A DNA stretch of 64,000 nucleotides. It comes from Marsupella aquatica. Lineage: Eukaryota; Plantae; Marchantiophyta. The stretch lies in contig OZ316896.1 of assembly GCA_973895155.1 (NCBI GenBank), positions 21,148,152-21,212,151 on the forward strand. Direction: 5' to 3'. Both the position numbers and the translations under genes were made by a program. Below the pieces are notes generated by a model that had not been told where the DNA came from, searched no databases, and saw nothing but the letters and a program-made list of their open reading frames with translations. This document shows, piece by piece, positions 48,488 through 61,772 of the stretch. Numbering within the stretch: the stretch's first letter is position 1; each line of letters begins with the position of its first letter.

Positions 48488-49889
48488 GAATGAGGTGATC
48501 TGAGGAGAATGTTTTGGGAATTGTAGAGACATATATAGAGCTGCAATTTTTGCAGTAGTGTTTTTGCATACGGATTTTGTGGCCAGGATTTTCTACAGGC
48601 CCCAACAGTTTAGTGTGGTTCTTTCTATCTCTGCTTGGATTAGTTACAATCAATCAATCTTGTATCCTGTGAGTACTTGATTTACTGTACAAAGCTAAAG
48701 TCTAGCTTGCATAAATAAATTGAGTGACTACAAGATGTCTCATTTTGTACAAATCTTGATGTATTGGAAACTATAGAGAAATAGAGTTGCCTACTTGACA
48801 ATTGCTAGAGTAGTTTTTTTAATCGCGGAAAAGTGAACTGAATTCTACAGGCCAAACAGTTCAATGGATTACATGGATTTGTTACAGTCAATTTTGTAAT
48901 CCGCATGGTATTGCATAATTTACTATTGAAAGCAACAGGACTTGCACTGTAAATAAACTGAGCAAGTGTTTGTGACTCGTGTTTATGAAGAAACAATGAA
49001 TGAGTTTAATTTTTGTTTATAGTCCAAAATGTTGGCCTTCAACAATGCCAAGCTTTCGACCTATATCCAGGTTGTTGTTTGGATCATAATGTAGATGTTA
49101 GCGCAATTAGTTATTGTGAGAAACCTTAGAAAGTGATCCCTTCATAGCAATCATTTGCCTTGGAATAGAAAATGCCATTGATGCTCATAGTGATCTCAGT
49201 ATGTACACTCAGGAAAAAACTGAATGAGTGTACATACTGGTACTATGAAACAATCATGCTCCTCCTTTGATGATTGAAATAAAGAAATCAAACTAAGGCA
49301 GATCTCAAAAGTATGCTATAACATGCATGGGGGTAAAATAAGATCTGGATGGAGGTTGAGAGCTAAAATTTGCTTCCCTTTGCAAAGTTCTGGGAACTAA
49401 GGCACTACACCGAACAGGAGGAACAGACTAAGGTGATCACCGAATTGAGATAATTAAAGTTGCACCAGAGGTCCAGGAAGGCAACAGAGAAGAATATGGA
49501 CATCCATTGGCATTTGATGAGAACTTTTATAGATTTGATAGACAAGGTTCAAATTGCGTTTCAAGCTTATTCTGAAACAGAAGCATGATCACAAAATGCT
49601 GCTGAACGAAGACACAATGGTCCTGTGGCCACTACTCAACTAGCTAATTCGCTAGCCACAACTCACATGACTAAAATTTATGATAAATTATATCCATATC
49701 TAGCCAAACAAGGGTAGTGATTGTCGTGCCTCTAGGCAACAAAGAGAGACTCATTATATCACCTGCATGAAAAAAGAGACAGGTCCAGCAGTTAAAATGT
49801 ATCAGTGGCTTGCTTTTGCAATATAGCTACTAGTCTCACAACACCCACTACATCAAACACTCAACTGTATAAAACTATTAGCCTAGGCT

Positions 49890-50350
49890 ATAGTATTGAG
49901 TATTGGGTCGGACTGCAAGTACTGAGTACTAAAGCCAGGTCTTGAGTACCAGGTACTCAACGTATTGAGCTCGGTATTAAGTACTAGGTACTCAAGGTAC
50001 TAAGGACTTGATACTCAGGGTACTGAGTACTAGGTACTTAAGGTACTGAGTACTGGGTACTTAAGGTACTGAGTACTGGGTACTTATTGGTACTTGGTAC
50101 TATGTACTCAAGGTACTATGTACTTAAGGTACTGAGTACTAGGTACTTACTTAGGTACTTGGTATTATGTATTGAGTACTAGGTACTCAAAGTACTGAGT
50201 ATTTGGTACTTAAGGTACTTAAGTTGGTACTGCGTACTTATGGTACTGAGTACTTGGTACATACGTAACCAGTACTGGTACTTAAGGTATTTAATACTTG
50301 ACTAAGTATTATGTACTAGGTACTATGAGTATTTATTATCAAGTAGGTAC
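49890..50350. repeat. GTAC-rich palindromic minisatellite (GGTACTGAGTACTAGGTACTTAA-like)
   Basis: Dozens of GTAC/AGTACT cores at 8-23-bp spacing. Confidence 0.9.
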
Positions 50351-50834
50351 TAGAAAAGGCATTAAGTATTAGCAAATAAATATTACAAGTATTAGCAATA
50401 GGTATTACAAAGAAGAACTAGTATTCGGTAAGGAGGAGTTGCAAGTTTACTTGCCACTGAGAATCATGGGCCATGTGCATTGCGCAGTCATCAAATTGAA
50501 CACCTGCACACAATAAACTAGATTGGTCAAAGACATGAATCAGTGTACAAGAATGTCACAAAGTGCCTTTTCACAGAGTTTTGAGATTGAGGGACCAACA
50601 TCAAGTGAGGACGACCACCTCATAAAACATTAGCATCTGCGCTTTTAATTTGCTTACCTAGAACTTTAGGAGTACAGGTTCAATTCAACCACACTCGGAT
50701 TTCCTCTGCAGTCAATAAAGTTGCAATTAGAATTAAACCAGCACAACCAACAATCTACCCAATGTAACTATTCTCTTCCAATGAGTGTCTTTAGTGTCTT
50801 CAATAAACAGATAAATATTGGCAGTGAAAGAAAA

Positions 50835-53800
50835 TTACCTGTCCGCTGAATCCAAAATTGCTTGATAAGTGTTAGGGGCAAGCTTGAACCTTGGTGATCC
50901 CCTCAGTATTTTTGTTGGCACAAGTCCAAATTTTATATGAATCACGGATGCCACATCGGCATAGCTAATGCTAGATTTGTCGTTACGAACAAAGCAAGTC
51001 GGATGCCTGCCATATTGCTGAAACCAAGTGCCTGCCAAAACTCGATCGCCCTTATAAAATTCAGCGGAATAGTCGTCTATGAAATCATTTTCAACAACAT
51101 GAGCCTTTTTTGTACACAAAAGAACGTAGAATTCTGCTTTCCAAATGTTGTCTTCTTCAGCCTTCACAGCAAAATAGTCACCCACTTCAACTAGATCACC
51201 AATGTAGCCCTCGTAATCACAGGTCTCACTATCCAACCCGCCACCCATGTCTTCAATAATGGATGCAATCTCTCCAGCATTTTTGGGGTACACATAATCT
51301 ACCTCCCACGGTAGAACATGAGCCTGATTTTCACAGAGTTCTTGACTTTCTGGATGAAGTGCACAGTTGATGCAGAAGCAAGCCAATTCTCTACATTTCA
51401 GCATCATGGGATTGTCAGGGCTATATCCCAAAAAGCAATGCTTTTGTCTCACACCTTTGATAGGCAAACATTCTAGGCCTGAACTCCGCTCCACCTCTTG
51501 CACACCGACCTCCCAGAAAAAACGCCTCACACCCTGCTTCTTGTCATACTCCATTTGCTTTCCTAGGCAAAACCGCTCCTTAAGAAACTCGACCACATCC
51601 TTGGCACCCTCCATTGGATGCCCTCCTTCTTTCCGCAACTGCTCCTTTCGAAGAGCTTGCTTCACCCCACCTCCTAGTCCATCCTGTGGAAGCAAGCATA
51701 CAACAAAAATGCATCAAATCCTGCACGCTAAAAACTTCAAAGCTATCGCATAAATCAGCACGTAAAAATGTAACACTATTACATACTATAGACAATGAAG
51801 CAAAAAAAGGGTCTGGCAAGTAATTACTTGTACACCTTTCCCATGCCCCGAGGCATGGAAACACCACATTAGTGGGACCCCATAGTCATGATTGTATTTT
51901 GCCACATAGGAAAAAGGGCGGCAAGCTTTAAACTGTGCTGCACACCCGTCTGACCACATAATGTGATTGTCTACAAAAATCTCTTTCTCTTTCATCCACT
52001 TCCAATGGAAATCCAAGCTGTGTTGCACAAAGAAGGTATCATGGCTATTGTCATCTGAAATAAAGAAGTGGTAATCAGCCTCAATAAATCTGGTGATCCT
52101 CTGGCCCATTTTGTTGTACACCATAGGATCCTCCTCCTCCTTGTCATACTGGTGCCGGTAGGTGATCAGAACAAGAATAGTGACCTGTCTATTATCCCAG
52201 TGAAGGGATTGTACCTCATCTTGCGTTGCAAACGTGTAGTTCTCTGCAAAGTCAATCGAACTCACTATGGTGCCTTTAGGAAAGGACTTGAGACAATTCT
52301 GGTACTGCTCAGCTTGCCATCTAGCGTAGAAGTCATGTTTTATAAACGTTTCTATAGTAGCTATTACTTTTTCCATAAACACCACCATTGAGGTGACTTT
52401 AGTTACTAATCTAAGCCTCTTTCTAACCTTGGAAATCTCTGCATCATCACGATTCTGGACTTTCTTCTTTTTGGCACTCTTTGGCTTTGGTAAATCATCC
52501 AGGTTAACATACTCATATGTTTGCCACACCACAAACTCATCCTCTTCATCCACTCTTTCCTCCCACGGACACAACTCTAACAACCCTGGCCCACAGATCT
52601 CACAACTACCTAGTAAACAGTCCCTCTTGTGCCAAAGATCATCCTCTCCTTTCTTACATAAGGTCTGTGCGCACCACTCTCTCACAGAGCATTGTGTATA
52701 CTTGTGAGCTTTGCAGGGTTCATCATAACTATTCAGACTCACATGAGTAGTGGTACTGCAAGTACCGTCGACAACAATACCATCAATACTATGACTCACT
52801 CCAGCAACAATTATAGGGGAACAAACTACACATTGACATGTGCAACCCACAGGATGTTGAGCTTGTCGTTGCTTGGCAAAGGCTTTGCAAAGTAGGTGCA
52901 TCTCAACATGTTGCTTACAACAGCAGACATCCCTATCTTTCATTGTACGTATGAAGTAAGGTTTGAGGGCTTGAAAAGATCGCAAACCGATAGTGTAAGC
53001 TTTATGTTCTTTCTTCAGCCATTCCTGGAACTTGAAAAAATACTCTGCCTGTCACCATGTGCAACATAAGTGAACAAAATGAGTAGTGCACAAAATAAAT
53101 CAATATTGATTACAGACTTGCACTACTACACTTGCAAACTTACTACACGATTAGAAATGAGATGCACTACTACATAATTAGCAATTACCTCAGTATCCTC
53201 AAGGCGGTGAGTCCTGTGCTCCACATATTCATTCTTTGCAATCCTTTTTCGTACAAAATCCTTCTTGCCTGGATCAGGCCTGGTAAGCGCCTCCCAGAAC
53301 CACGCAACATCACCTCGAATCTCCAGAGAAAGGCGATCACTCCTTTCCTTTCGCTGACCCATTGGAAAACGCAGTGTTGCATCACCATCTAGCAGAATTC
53401 TTTTCTTACTAGCAGCATACACAGATGCTCTTTTGATACACAATGCTCGAGCAAGAGAAGATTGGTGTCTTGCATCCACAATCTTGGGACCTATAAAAGA
53501 AGATAGTAGAATATCTTTGGCTGCTTTATGATCTTTATGCCTTGCATACTTGACTGTTTTCAAAGTGTTCTTTATATCATCGATAGCTGTACTCCATGAC
53601 AGATCCGCTTTAGGGCAGCCTAGTGAAGTGGGGTGCAATTGAACCATTCCCTTATGAGTCCAGAAACGCTCCATGATGATCTTCTTAGCAGCAAATTTAT
53701 GTCATCTTGTTAATTCGGAAAAGTGCTTTACCATCCCAGTGACAACTTGGGTCTGGCTACGGACACTTCTGTTTGGGATATCAGAGGCATCATAATTCTT

Positions 53801-54397
53801 GATTACCTCACCAAGTAGACACCGCTTCCTCAAACGAGACTTTTGTTGTCTCCTTCTAGCTGATGCACGCATAGCCTCTTGAGTTGCCACCCCTGTTGCA
53901 TCTCCAAAAGACTGATCATTTGCACTGCACTCCTCCGCTGATCTCAACCTGGACTCCAAATCAATAGTTTGATTCTGCAAGTCATGAATTTGGTATTCCA
54001 AAGTTGCAAACTCCCCAGCCAATTGTAGCCGAATTTCATCCTTGAAGTTGTCAGCCTGCTCTCTTGCATTAGCAAGCAGCTTCTCTGCCTCTATTGCAAC
54101 CTCTCGTCCAGCCTGAACAAGCAGCTTCTCCGCCTCTATGGTAGCCTTGTGTCTAGCTTGAGCAATCAACTGCTCTACCTCTATTGCAGCCTTGTGTCTA
54201 GCCTTAGCAAGCAACTTCTCGGCCTCTATGGCAGCCTCCTGAATCACCAGCTTCTCTGCCTGCCCCTGAGCATCTTGTAAAGTTTCTTTGGCATGTGTTC
54301 TTACTGCATTCACTGCTTGCCCTGCCCTACGCTCTCTTCTCTTAAAATTTCGTCGGTCTCTTTTGGCTTTCGCTGCTTCATCCCAAACACTACTCAT
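50835..54397 (-). pseudogene. Sola2 DDD transposase, three exons (introns 53049-53188 and 51684-51827), in-frame stop at 53702
   Basis: Motifs LKPYF....RDVCCCKQH, SIDFAENY, QDEVQSLHW, FISDDNSHD, WSDGCAAQFK and spliced ASGHGKGVQ|DGLGGGVK. Confidence 0.92.
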
Positions 54398-54719
54398 GAT
54401 GTTGGGTTAACACCATGAGATCATGTGTGAGGGTAGAGATTCACCCTACTTCAACCGCCCTTGAGCTACAATGTTTGTTCTCCTAAACATAGAGTAATGC
54501 CACAGAGTAATGAAGGTCTAAACGTAGAGTAATGCCGCAGCTTCCTGTCGCAGAGTAAGGAACATTCGCTACGAGGTCAGATGTTTACAGTCCTTAATAT
54601 CCCTTAGACCACAATGCATGGCAATGCGACGCAAAATGCAACATTGAAGCTCCAAACAGGAGCAAAAGAAGGTGAATGTCGAACACGAAAAGGACAAGGT
54701 AACACAAAAGTTCTGCAAC

Positions 54720-54970
54720 GCGATGTCCGCGCTTGTTTCTCTCAATGTCTAGGCTTGTTTCTTGCAAGAAAAACTTACAAGTATAGTGCGTCTGTGAGTA
54801 CCACTAAATTTCTGCAACATACGCAATGTTTGGGCTTGTTTCTCGCAAGAAAAACTTACTTGGTATAGTGCATCCGTGAGTACCACCAAATTTCTGCATC
54901 GCAATGTCGGGGCAGCTTGTTTCCCTCAAGATTAAGAAAAACTTACAGGTGTAGTGCGTCCACGAGTATA
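54720..54970. repeat. ~78-bp subterminal tandem repeat x3 in the Sola2 element
   Basis: GCTTGTTTC..GCAAGAAAAACTTAC..GTATAGTGC.TC.GTGAGTACCAC.AAATTTCTGCA recurs at about 54753, 54834 and 54916. Confidence 0.8.
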
Positions 54971-55352
54971 TGACACGTAACGATGTTTGTAGAAGGACTC
55001 ACGACCTAACGCGCCATGTACAATGGACTTGGGAACTTGCATAGAGTTCAAACCATAGGGTCAACACGAGTTACGAGGTATTTGAATTCCAAGAAAGTAC
55101 TACTTAAGCTTAGTACCTTAAGTGACAATGTCGGCTGTGGGTAGTGAAGGGCAACACCAAGGAAATCATCACCTTTACTTCTTGGGCTACACAGTAATGC
55201 TTGTCTAATCTTGGCCACCCATTCAAATACATGTGGGCCCTTCCATGGTCCTTTTTGGTCCTTGTACATTTCAAGTACCATCCTCTATGGTATTTGAAAT
55301 GTGACATTTGTGACATCAAATAATACCCCCTCTAGCTTGCTTTTGGCCTATG

Positions 55353-57385
55353 AATCTTTTGGGCCTGAGTTCACATTACATATTTTTAGTTCGATCTCTG
55401 CTAAGTAATTCCTATTCTAAAGTTCTGGTCAACGGACTTTGGACTGATGATATTAAGATGTGTAGGGGAGTTTGCCAAGGCTGCCCCCTTTCTCCTCTTC
55501 TGTTTGCTATCTCCACCCAGCCATTGATGGACTTCTGCCATGCAGAAATTGCGGCTGGTCAACACTAGGGACTACAAATCTCTTCCTCTTTAACTATTTG
55601 TTTTAGACTTTTTGCCGATGATCTAGGCCTCTTCATCCCTGCCACAAAGATTGCTTTTACACAGGCTAGAAATACTATCACTTGCTACGAGTGTGCAACT
55701 GGCACTAAACTCCACCTGGCCAAATCTATCATTATACCCTGGCTTGGCAATGGATGAGATCCCTGACTGGCTACACAAAACGGGGTGCACAATTAGCGTT
55801 GCAGGCACTGTGTAGAAATACTTAGGTGCCCCTTTTGGTTCTTACTAATATTTCTGAGAAGCAACTGCATTGCTTCTGCTTGGATCGGATCAGTGCACGA
55901 CTTGCATCCTGGTCTACTCGCTTCCTCTCTTTCACAGGTCGCCTGTTGTTAATCAAGCACGTGCTTTAGGCCATACCGGTTTATCACATGGTGTTTCTAC
56001 TTTCACCTATAACCTTGACCAAAAAGGTGATTGCTTTAAACAGGATTTTTCTGTGGAGCTCCAACCCGTTGGGTGGGAACCGAATCCCTCTTGTGGCTTG
56101 GGACAAGATGACTTGACCCAAGCTGGATGGTGGTCTCGGATTGAAGGACCTCAAAAGTCACTTGGACACCCTTTTGAGTAAATGGTTCACCGGGGCTTTA
56201 GATTGCCCGGCCTGACTCTGAATGGGCATGCATGTTCTCTGAAAATCTCCGGTTGACGAAATGGCGGAATTACAAGATTCTTCGCAGGAATGTGTACCCG
56301 CCAATTGTGGAGTGCCTGGGAACAGTTGAGAGAACACTTGATCTTCTACCCTACTAATTCTGACCCTATCCCTGGCCATTGGGGATTTGAGGATACTGTC
56401 CGCTGCTTACAAGGATTCTATGAGCCTCCTGACTCAGCAATTATGGAGTTAACCAGAATGTTTGGTAAGCTTGCCATACAAAGAATCAATGATTTCTGGT
56501 GCTGCTGATGGCACATGGATGAATGTTGAATCACGACTACAACGATTGAGAGGCCTTACATCTCCTTGCAGGGCTCTCTGTCTCTCTTTGGCGGTAGTCA
56601 TTCGTGGAACTCCCTTTGGCGGTATTGGAACCTTGCCTCTTGCACGGCAATGGCTTTGGCTGGACCAGGCAGTTGGAACTAATCGCTTTGGATTAACAAA
56701 TGTTCGTGCCTATGAGTTTTTGCGCCCAAAAGACACTGATACTGCTCGTCTGAACCGGATCTGGGCGGAGGCCCTCCCAGATGAGGAATGGAGTGAAGTG
56801 TGGAGGGCTGTGTGGACATCTGATCTTTCTACCCAAACAAAAGTTTTTCTATGGCCTATTCTTGCACAGGGTCTGTTTTCTGGCTCTAGGGCTCTAAGAA
56901 TTGGGAAATCTGATGGTTGTTGTGTGCTTTGTGTGGGACTCCTTGAGTCTATCCCACATATTTTCTTCTCATGCAGGCACGCCAGCAGGTGTTGGACTGA
57001 TGCTCACGGATGGATGCATGGTGCACTCTGCGATGGAACGCCATCCCTGATTGGCCTGAGCAAGTCTGCTGCGGGAAAATGACCTATTCACTCTCTTTGG
57101 ATCTACATTACCTATCAGATTTTGTGGAACATTTGGTTGGCTAGGAATGCTCAGACTTTTGACCGGACTAGACATAGGATTTTTGATCAGATGCTGATTA
57201 TTTCGGAGACCCTGGACCACCTAACTGCTGTTGCTGCGGCTGCTTCCGTGCTTTCTCCTTCATCTTTGGGCCGGAAGCACCGGCGTCTATCGAGTGCCAA
57301 AGAACTGGTGGAGATTGAGCGACTTCACTCTCTCAGATGTGGGTCGTGTCAAATTGTTTCCTCCATTGATGGCAGCCTTCTGTGA
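55353..57385 (+). pseudogene. LINE ORF2 3' part: RT C-terminus and zf-RVT
   Basis: RGVCQGCPLSPLLF, LFADD (about 55610), KYLG, GGLGL, CVLC....ESIPHIFFSC and WNIWLARN. Confidence 0.92.
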
Positions 57386-57787
57386 GATTGATTTATACTG
57401 TGTTGCTCTCTGGGAGTTTTGCCTTTTCATTTGACACCGATACTCCCGTGATTTCCTCATACCCAGTGCCACTGCCCCCAGCACTATGTTCAATCCCTGT
57501 AGCTTATAGCTGCACCACTCTTGGTGGCCCTTGCTCATGCCTTGGCTCTTTTTCCTTTTTCCCATTACAGTATATATATACCCTCTTCTTAGTGATTAGG
57601 TAGAATAATTCAGTACTAGACAATGCTTTGACACTTTACACTTACACTATGCTTACCTACCGCACCTTTTAGTGCTTACTTGATCCCTAGCTGTTACTTG
57701 TTGCATGGACCACTAGAAGAATGGCTTCCCAATCTCTGCCTGATCTGGTGACCCTGGTTGAGTGACTCTTTGTTATTGCCTCCTTTG

Positions 57788-57890
57788 GGCGTTGAGGGTT
57801 TATGATGCCATTTGGCTTGTTGGTCCCCCATCCATGGGGTTGAGGGTTTATGATGCCATTTGGCTTGTTGGTCCCCCATCCATGGGGTTC
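57788..57890. repeat. 48-bp direct tandem duplication
   Basis: GTTGAGGGTTTATGATGCCATTTGGCTTGTTGGTCCCCCATCCATGGG x2. Confidence 0.95.
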
Positions 57891-60800
57891 AGGCGAAATA
57901 AATGTAAAATTTCAAAAAAAAAAAAAAAACAAACTTCACTTCAGCCCTTTTTGGATCTTCTGTTCTCCATCACCCTCCCTACCTCATCCACAAAAAATAT
58001 ATATAGATTCTCTATTTAAACCATCCGAAGTCTCCAGATTTTATGATTTGGAATTACCTTAATTAAATGAAAACTTCACTCTGATCGACTAACCACGCAA
58101 GTTCTTTCTTATGTAAAATTGGAAGTGAAACAAGGATGCCCAGACCTTCTGTAGTGACAAGAGAATCATCTAGTACTGGATCCCACATCTGGAAGGACCA
58201 GTTTTGCGGAACGTGTTAATCTAGCTAGGAAGGGAAGCACGCATCCACCACTCCACTAGAAATTGAAGGCAGATATCAGATCGCGCGAGTTCCTACACTT
58301 GAAGATATCGGAGGCACCTGGAGATAATATCTTGAACCGAGCGAATTAATATTGAAGGCATGTCGAAGCTAGAGACTACCTTAGAGATATGGATCAACGT
58401 CTTGAACAGACTAAGGAGATGCAGTCTTCATTATGTTCAGATGCTTCATGTTTCATACTACGTACTCTTCTAAGAGATTCTCTTGATTGAGTGTGCTTTG
58501 TGGTTAATTAAAGACTTGCTCTACTGATCAAGAGATCGAGCTGTTAGTTTGGCGCGTATTGAGGCGAAGTTTATCTTACTAACAAGATTGGCCTACAAAT
58601 ACATCACAATCAACCTGCAGCCACAAATGTTAACCATATAATATATTCATCCAAGGCTAAACCACATATTAGTGAAATGATCTGAGACTGGATCGGGGAC
58701 TGGGATCAATCCCCATCATTTGGATCACCTCATGCTTCGGGATTCTGTCAGTACCTTGTCTTTTTTCTACGAGAGAACTCACATCCATCTCTCACAGGAC
58801 CTCTAGCTGAGTCCTCTACCAAAAGTGGTGATCAGAACATTTGAACTTCTAAAATCTCGTGACCGAGCTAGAACTACAAATTAATTCTCCTCTCCCTTAG
58901 GTCACATCATGCATGGAAAGCTCCGTAATTTGTGGGTTTTTATAACCTAACAGACAAGCTAACAGAATCTCGTTAAAAAATTTAAGGGAAAATCGTTAGA
59001 AACTTTCCATCAAATTCAAATGCAATCTTGTTGCTGCCACCATATATTAGCAAGGATGAAAGAATGTTGTTTCACATGAACCTGCCGGACAGGCAAGAAA
59101 GCAAGGGAATTCCTTTCGGAGTTCATATAATAGTATCCTAGCCTGACCAATACCTTGTGAACCAATCCAATGTAGCGGTGCTATATAATTAGGCTTAATT
59201 CCTTGTACAGATTTTCTTTCTAAGATACCTACTGTAGGTTTCAACGGCATTAATCTTGTTCTAACTAGGTCGAGAGGGAGTGTTGCAAATAATAATCGTA
59301 CCATGATTATCTCCCTCTTGTCTCTTGTGACTCCACTCATTGATCGATCTGGATCAACTTGATGAACTGATTTCGGTTTAGATGTCTCTAGTCATTTCGT
59401 ATCACTTGAACCATATATAGTGCGTTGGTGCTAGCTGTGCTGCTTCATATATGTGACCCTTGCTTAGGTTTGCCCTCACTCTCAAGGTCACTAATTATTG
59501 ACTAGTTCTTATTGAGGGTGAGCTCATAAGATGTGCTAATTGGCATTCCAACAGTAATTGAAATGAGATCGATCAGGAGCTCCGGAGTCTTTTTGGTAAG
59601 GACCTCCCCCTGGACAAGGACGTCGTACGTCTTGGACAAAATCAGACATTAGAGTAAGTTAGGTACCTTCTCCTAAGCCGAACGCTGCCAGCATTACAAG
59701 GAACAGGCTCGCTCGACCTGTACATTTTTAGGCTCTGACCTCTATTCTAAGATGTTTTTGTTTAAATCTTAATTTAAATGAAGAACTTGATATAAGAATG
59801 TAAGATTTTAGTAGCTACTTCAGAGTGTAATCTGTTAAAAAATGTTCTGAATCGTGGCCTGCTAACTAATGTGTCGATATATTCTCATCCTGCAATGTGT
59901 TTAGTAGTAAAGCTCTCTCTACATCTTCTTGGATCTCTGCTACGTACTTTCCAGCCTCTCCATGCTCGAAGTTAGAAGCGTTGGAAAACAAATGACCCAG
60001 TGTGGAGAACATGCATTTATTAAATTTTACCTGTCAGTGAGAAAGTCGCCATACTCACTATTTGTGAATGAATGCATGTGGTCAGTAAATTTGTTCTTAC
60101 ACAGATTTGACCCAAAAGAAAAACTGACTGCAAAGAACCTAATCAGAAAACACTAGTCTAGTACTTCTTAGAAAACTTACACGAGTTAATTAGGATTTCA
60201 CTGTTAAAAAAAACTTTCTACTGACTGACAAGCAGATGCTTTATTTTTCATGATTGAGAGAGATAGATGTTAGAGATATTAATTATTCTTCAGCACGTAT
60301 GTACTTAAAATTAGTATTTGATTGTAATAGTCATTCGATCATCAAACTTTTCTCACATCCTGGATTTCCTCAAATTAAATTAAGTGGCCTGGATAGTGCT
60401 GATGACTGTGTATATATTTGTGCTTATATTTTTGAGACCATTTTCCAGATAACTGTAATGGCAACAGCAGTAGTATCAATTTTTGACTGTTGTGTACTTC
60501 CAATGCTTCAAGGGCTGGTGGTACTGCCTGTTGTTTCAATCGATCAAAGGCCGTAGGGATAGGAAACTTACAATATCAAAGCTCTTCGACACCTCCAACT
60601 TGCCCATGCATCATGCTCTAGTTTGTCTTATTAGTTTGTTTCAATCAATCAAAGGCCGTAGGGATAGGAAACTAGCTTACAATGTCAAAGCTCAAAAGCA
60701 AGATATATGTATATTGAGGGGCAGTCATTGGGGTGTTGAAATCGGACCATATATATATTTAATGGATGCGATCGAAAACGAAAACTATGGATTTTGGATA

Positions 60801-61508
60801 CACCATAACAGATGAATGGGAAGAAAGGATGAATTAAAGATCCTGACTAGTGTCCACCTCCACTTCCACCAGACCAGTGACTTGCGTGAATCTGGAAGGG
60901 GCAAATCACTTTCTCCATCATCCCCTGGGCACTAGCTAGGTAGCACAAGCTACTCCTACTGTTCCAGAGACAAGTCTCTTGGCACCTTTACTTTTCCCTG
61001 CCACTAGCTACCTGCGCGCTAGCTTGTACGTTACTCACCACTTGTCACTAGGCACCTCACGGTTTGATGAGTAGAGCCCGTACTCACATCCATACGATGG
61101 ATGATCGACTTGCCTCTCCTCGTTCCAGAGGCAAGCTAGTCACTTGGCACTTCCTTCTCACTAGTACGTAGCCAGTGCGTACATGCATGTCACTAGGCAC
61201 CACACCATTTGACTCGCAAGTGACTAGCTTGCTTCTTCTCAATATTAAGGGCCCTTGTGGACTCTAATTGTTCCATTCGTATATCCTGCAGCAAGACAGT
61301 GCTCTCCAGGCCACGATTGAATCGTTTCCCTTTGTATCTAGCAATTTGTTGCACTCTACACATTCAAAAGCTTGTTCCATACTGTCTAGCTTGTGTACTT
61401 TCGATCTAGCTCGATCTGGTCGAGTATCAGGTTCTAGATTTTGATCTTCACTCGATCATTACATATCTGGGCCTAGCTAGGTTGTGATCATCATTAATTT
61501 GCGTCAAC

Positions 61509-61772
61509 ATGAGCTTCGGGGCTGACGTTTACGGGGAGCTTCAAGGGCTGCCCAGCCGGAGAGACGTTGCGGACACTCACCAGACCAGTAGGAGAGAATA
61601 TGAGGAGGAGGGACGATTTAATTCCATCCTGCGGCGAACTGATTTCTCCCCATTGATTTCTGTTGGAAAGAGTGGGGAGGTGAGGAGCCAGGTCAGTAGG
61701 AAAGCTCTTAGATGCAGGAACTGTGGACTATCTGGACATACCAGGAGGATGTGCCCAGCTGTGGGGTTCTAA
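61509..61772 (+). CDS. Short ORF ending in a CCHC zinc knuckle; origin unknown (gene or TE fragment)
   Basis: ATG-started 87-aa ORF with CRNCGLSGHTRRMC (C-X2-C-X4-H-X4-C). Confidence 0.45.
   Translation: MSFGADVYGELQGLPSRRDVADTHQTSRREYEEEGRFNSILRRTDFSPLISVGKSGEVRSQVSRKALRCRNCGLSGHTRRMCPAVGF

Larger units (their letters stand above)
43545..55348. mobile_element. Sola2 DNA transposon, 11,804 bp, with cargo genes
   Basis: Perfect 23-bp TIR GGCCAAAAGCAAGCTAGAGGGGG. 4-bp TSD TATG at 43541-43544 and 55349-55352. Encodes a Sola2-type transposase. Confidence 0.95.
40290..57580 (+). mobile_element. L1-like LINE retrotransposon (degenerate), split by a Sola2 element; ends approximate
   Basis: APE endonuclease, RT and zf-RVT in canonical order. 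RT reads YIWETM|NLLGL across the insertion. Degenerate ORF1-like region at 40290-41670. Confidence 0.85.

Noticed and set aside
57914-57929. A16 run as the LINE poly(A) tail
   Set aside because: It lies about 500 bp past the ORF2 end, beyond unrelated repeats, and no matching TSD was found. The LINE end remains uncertain.
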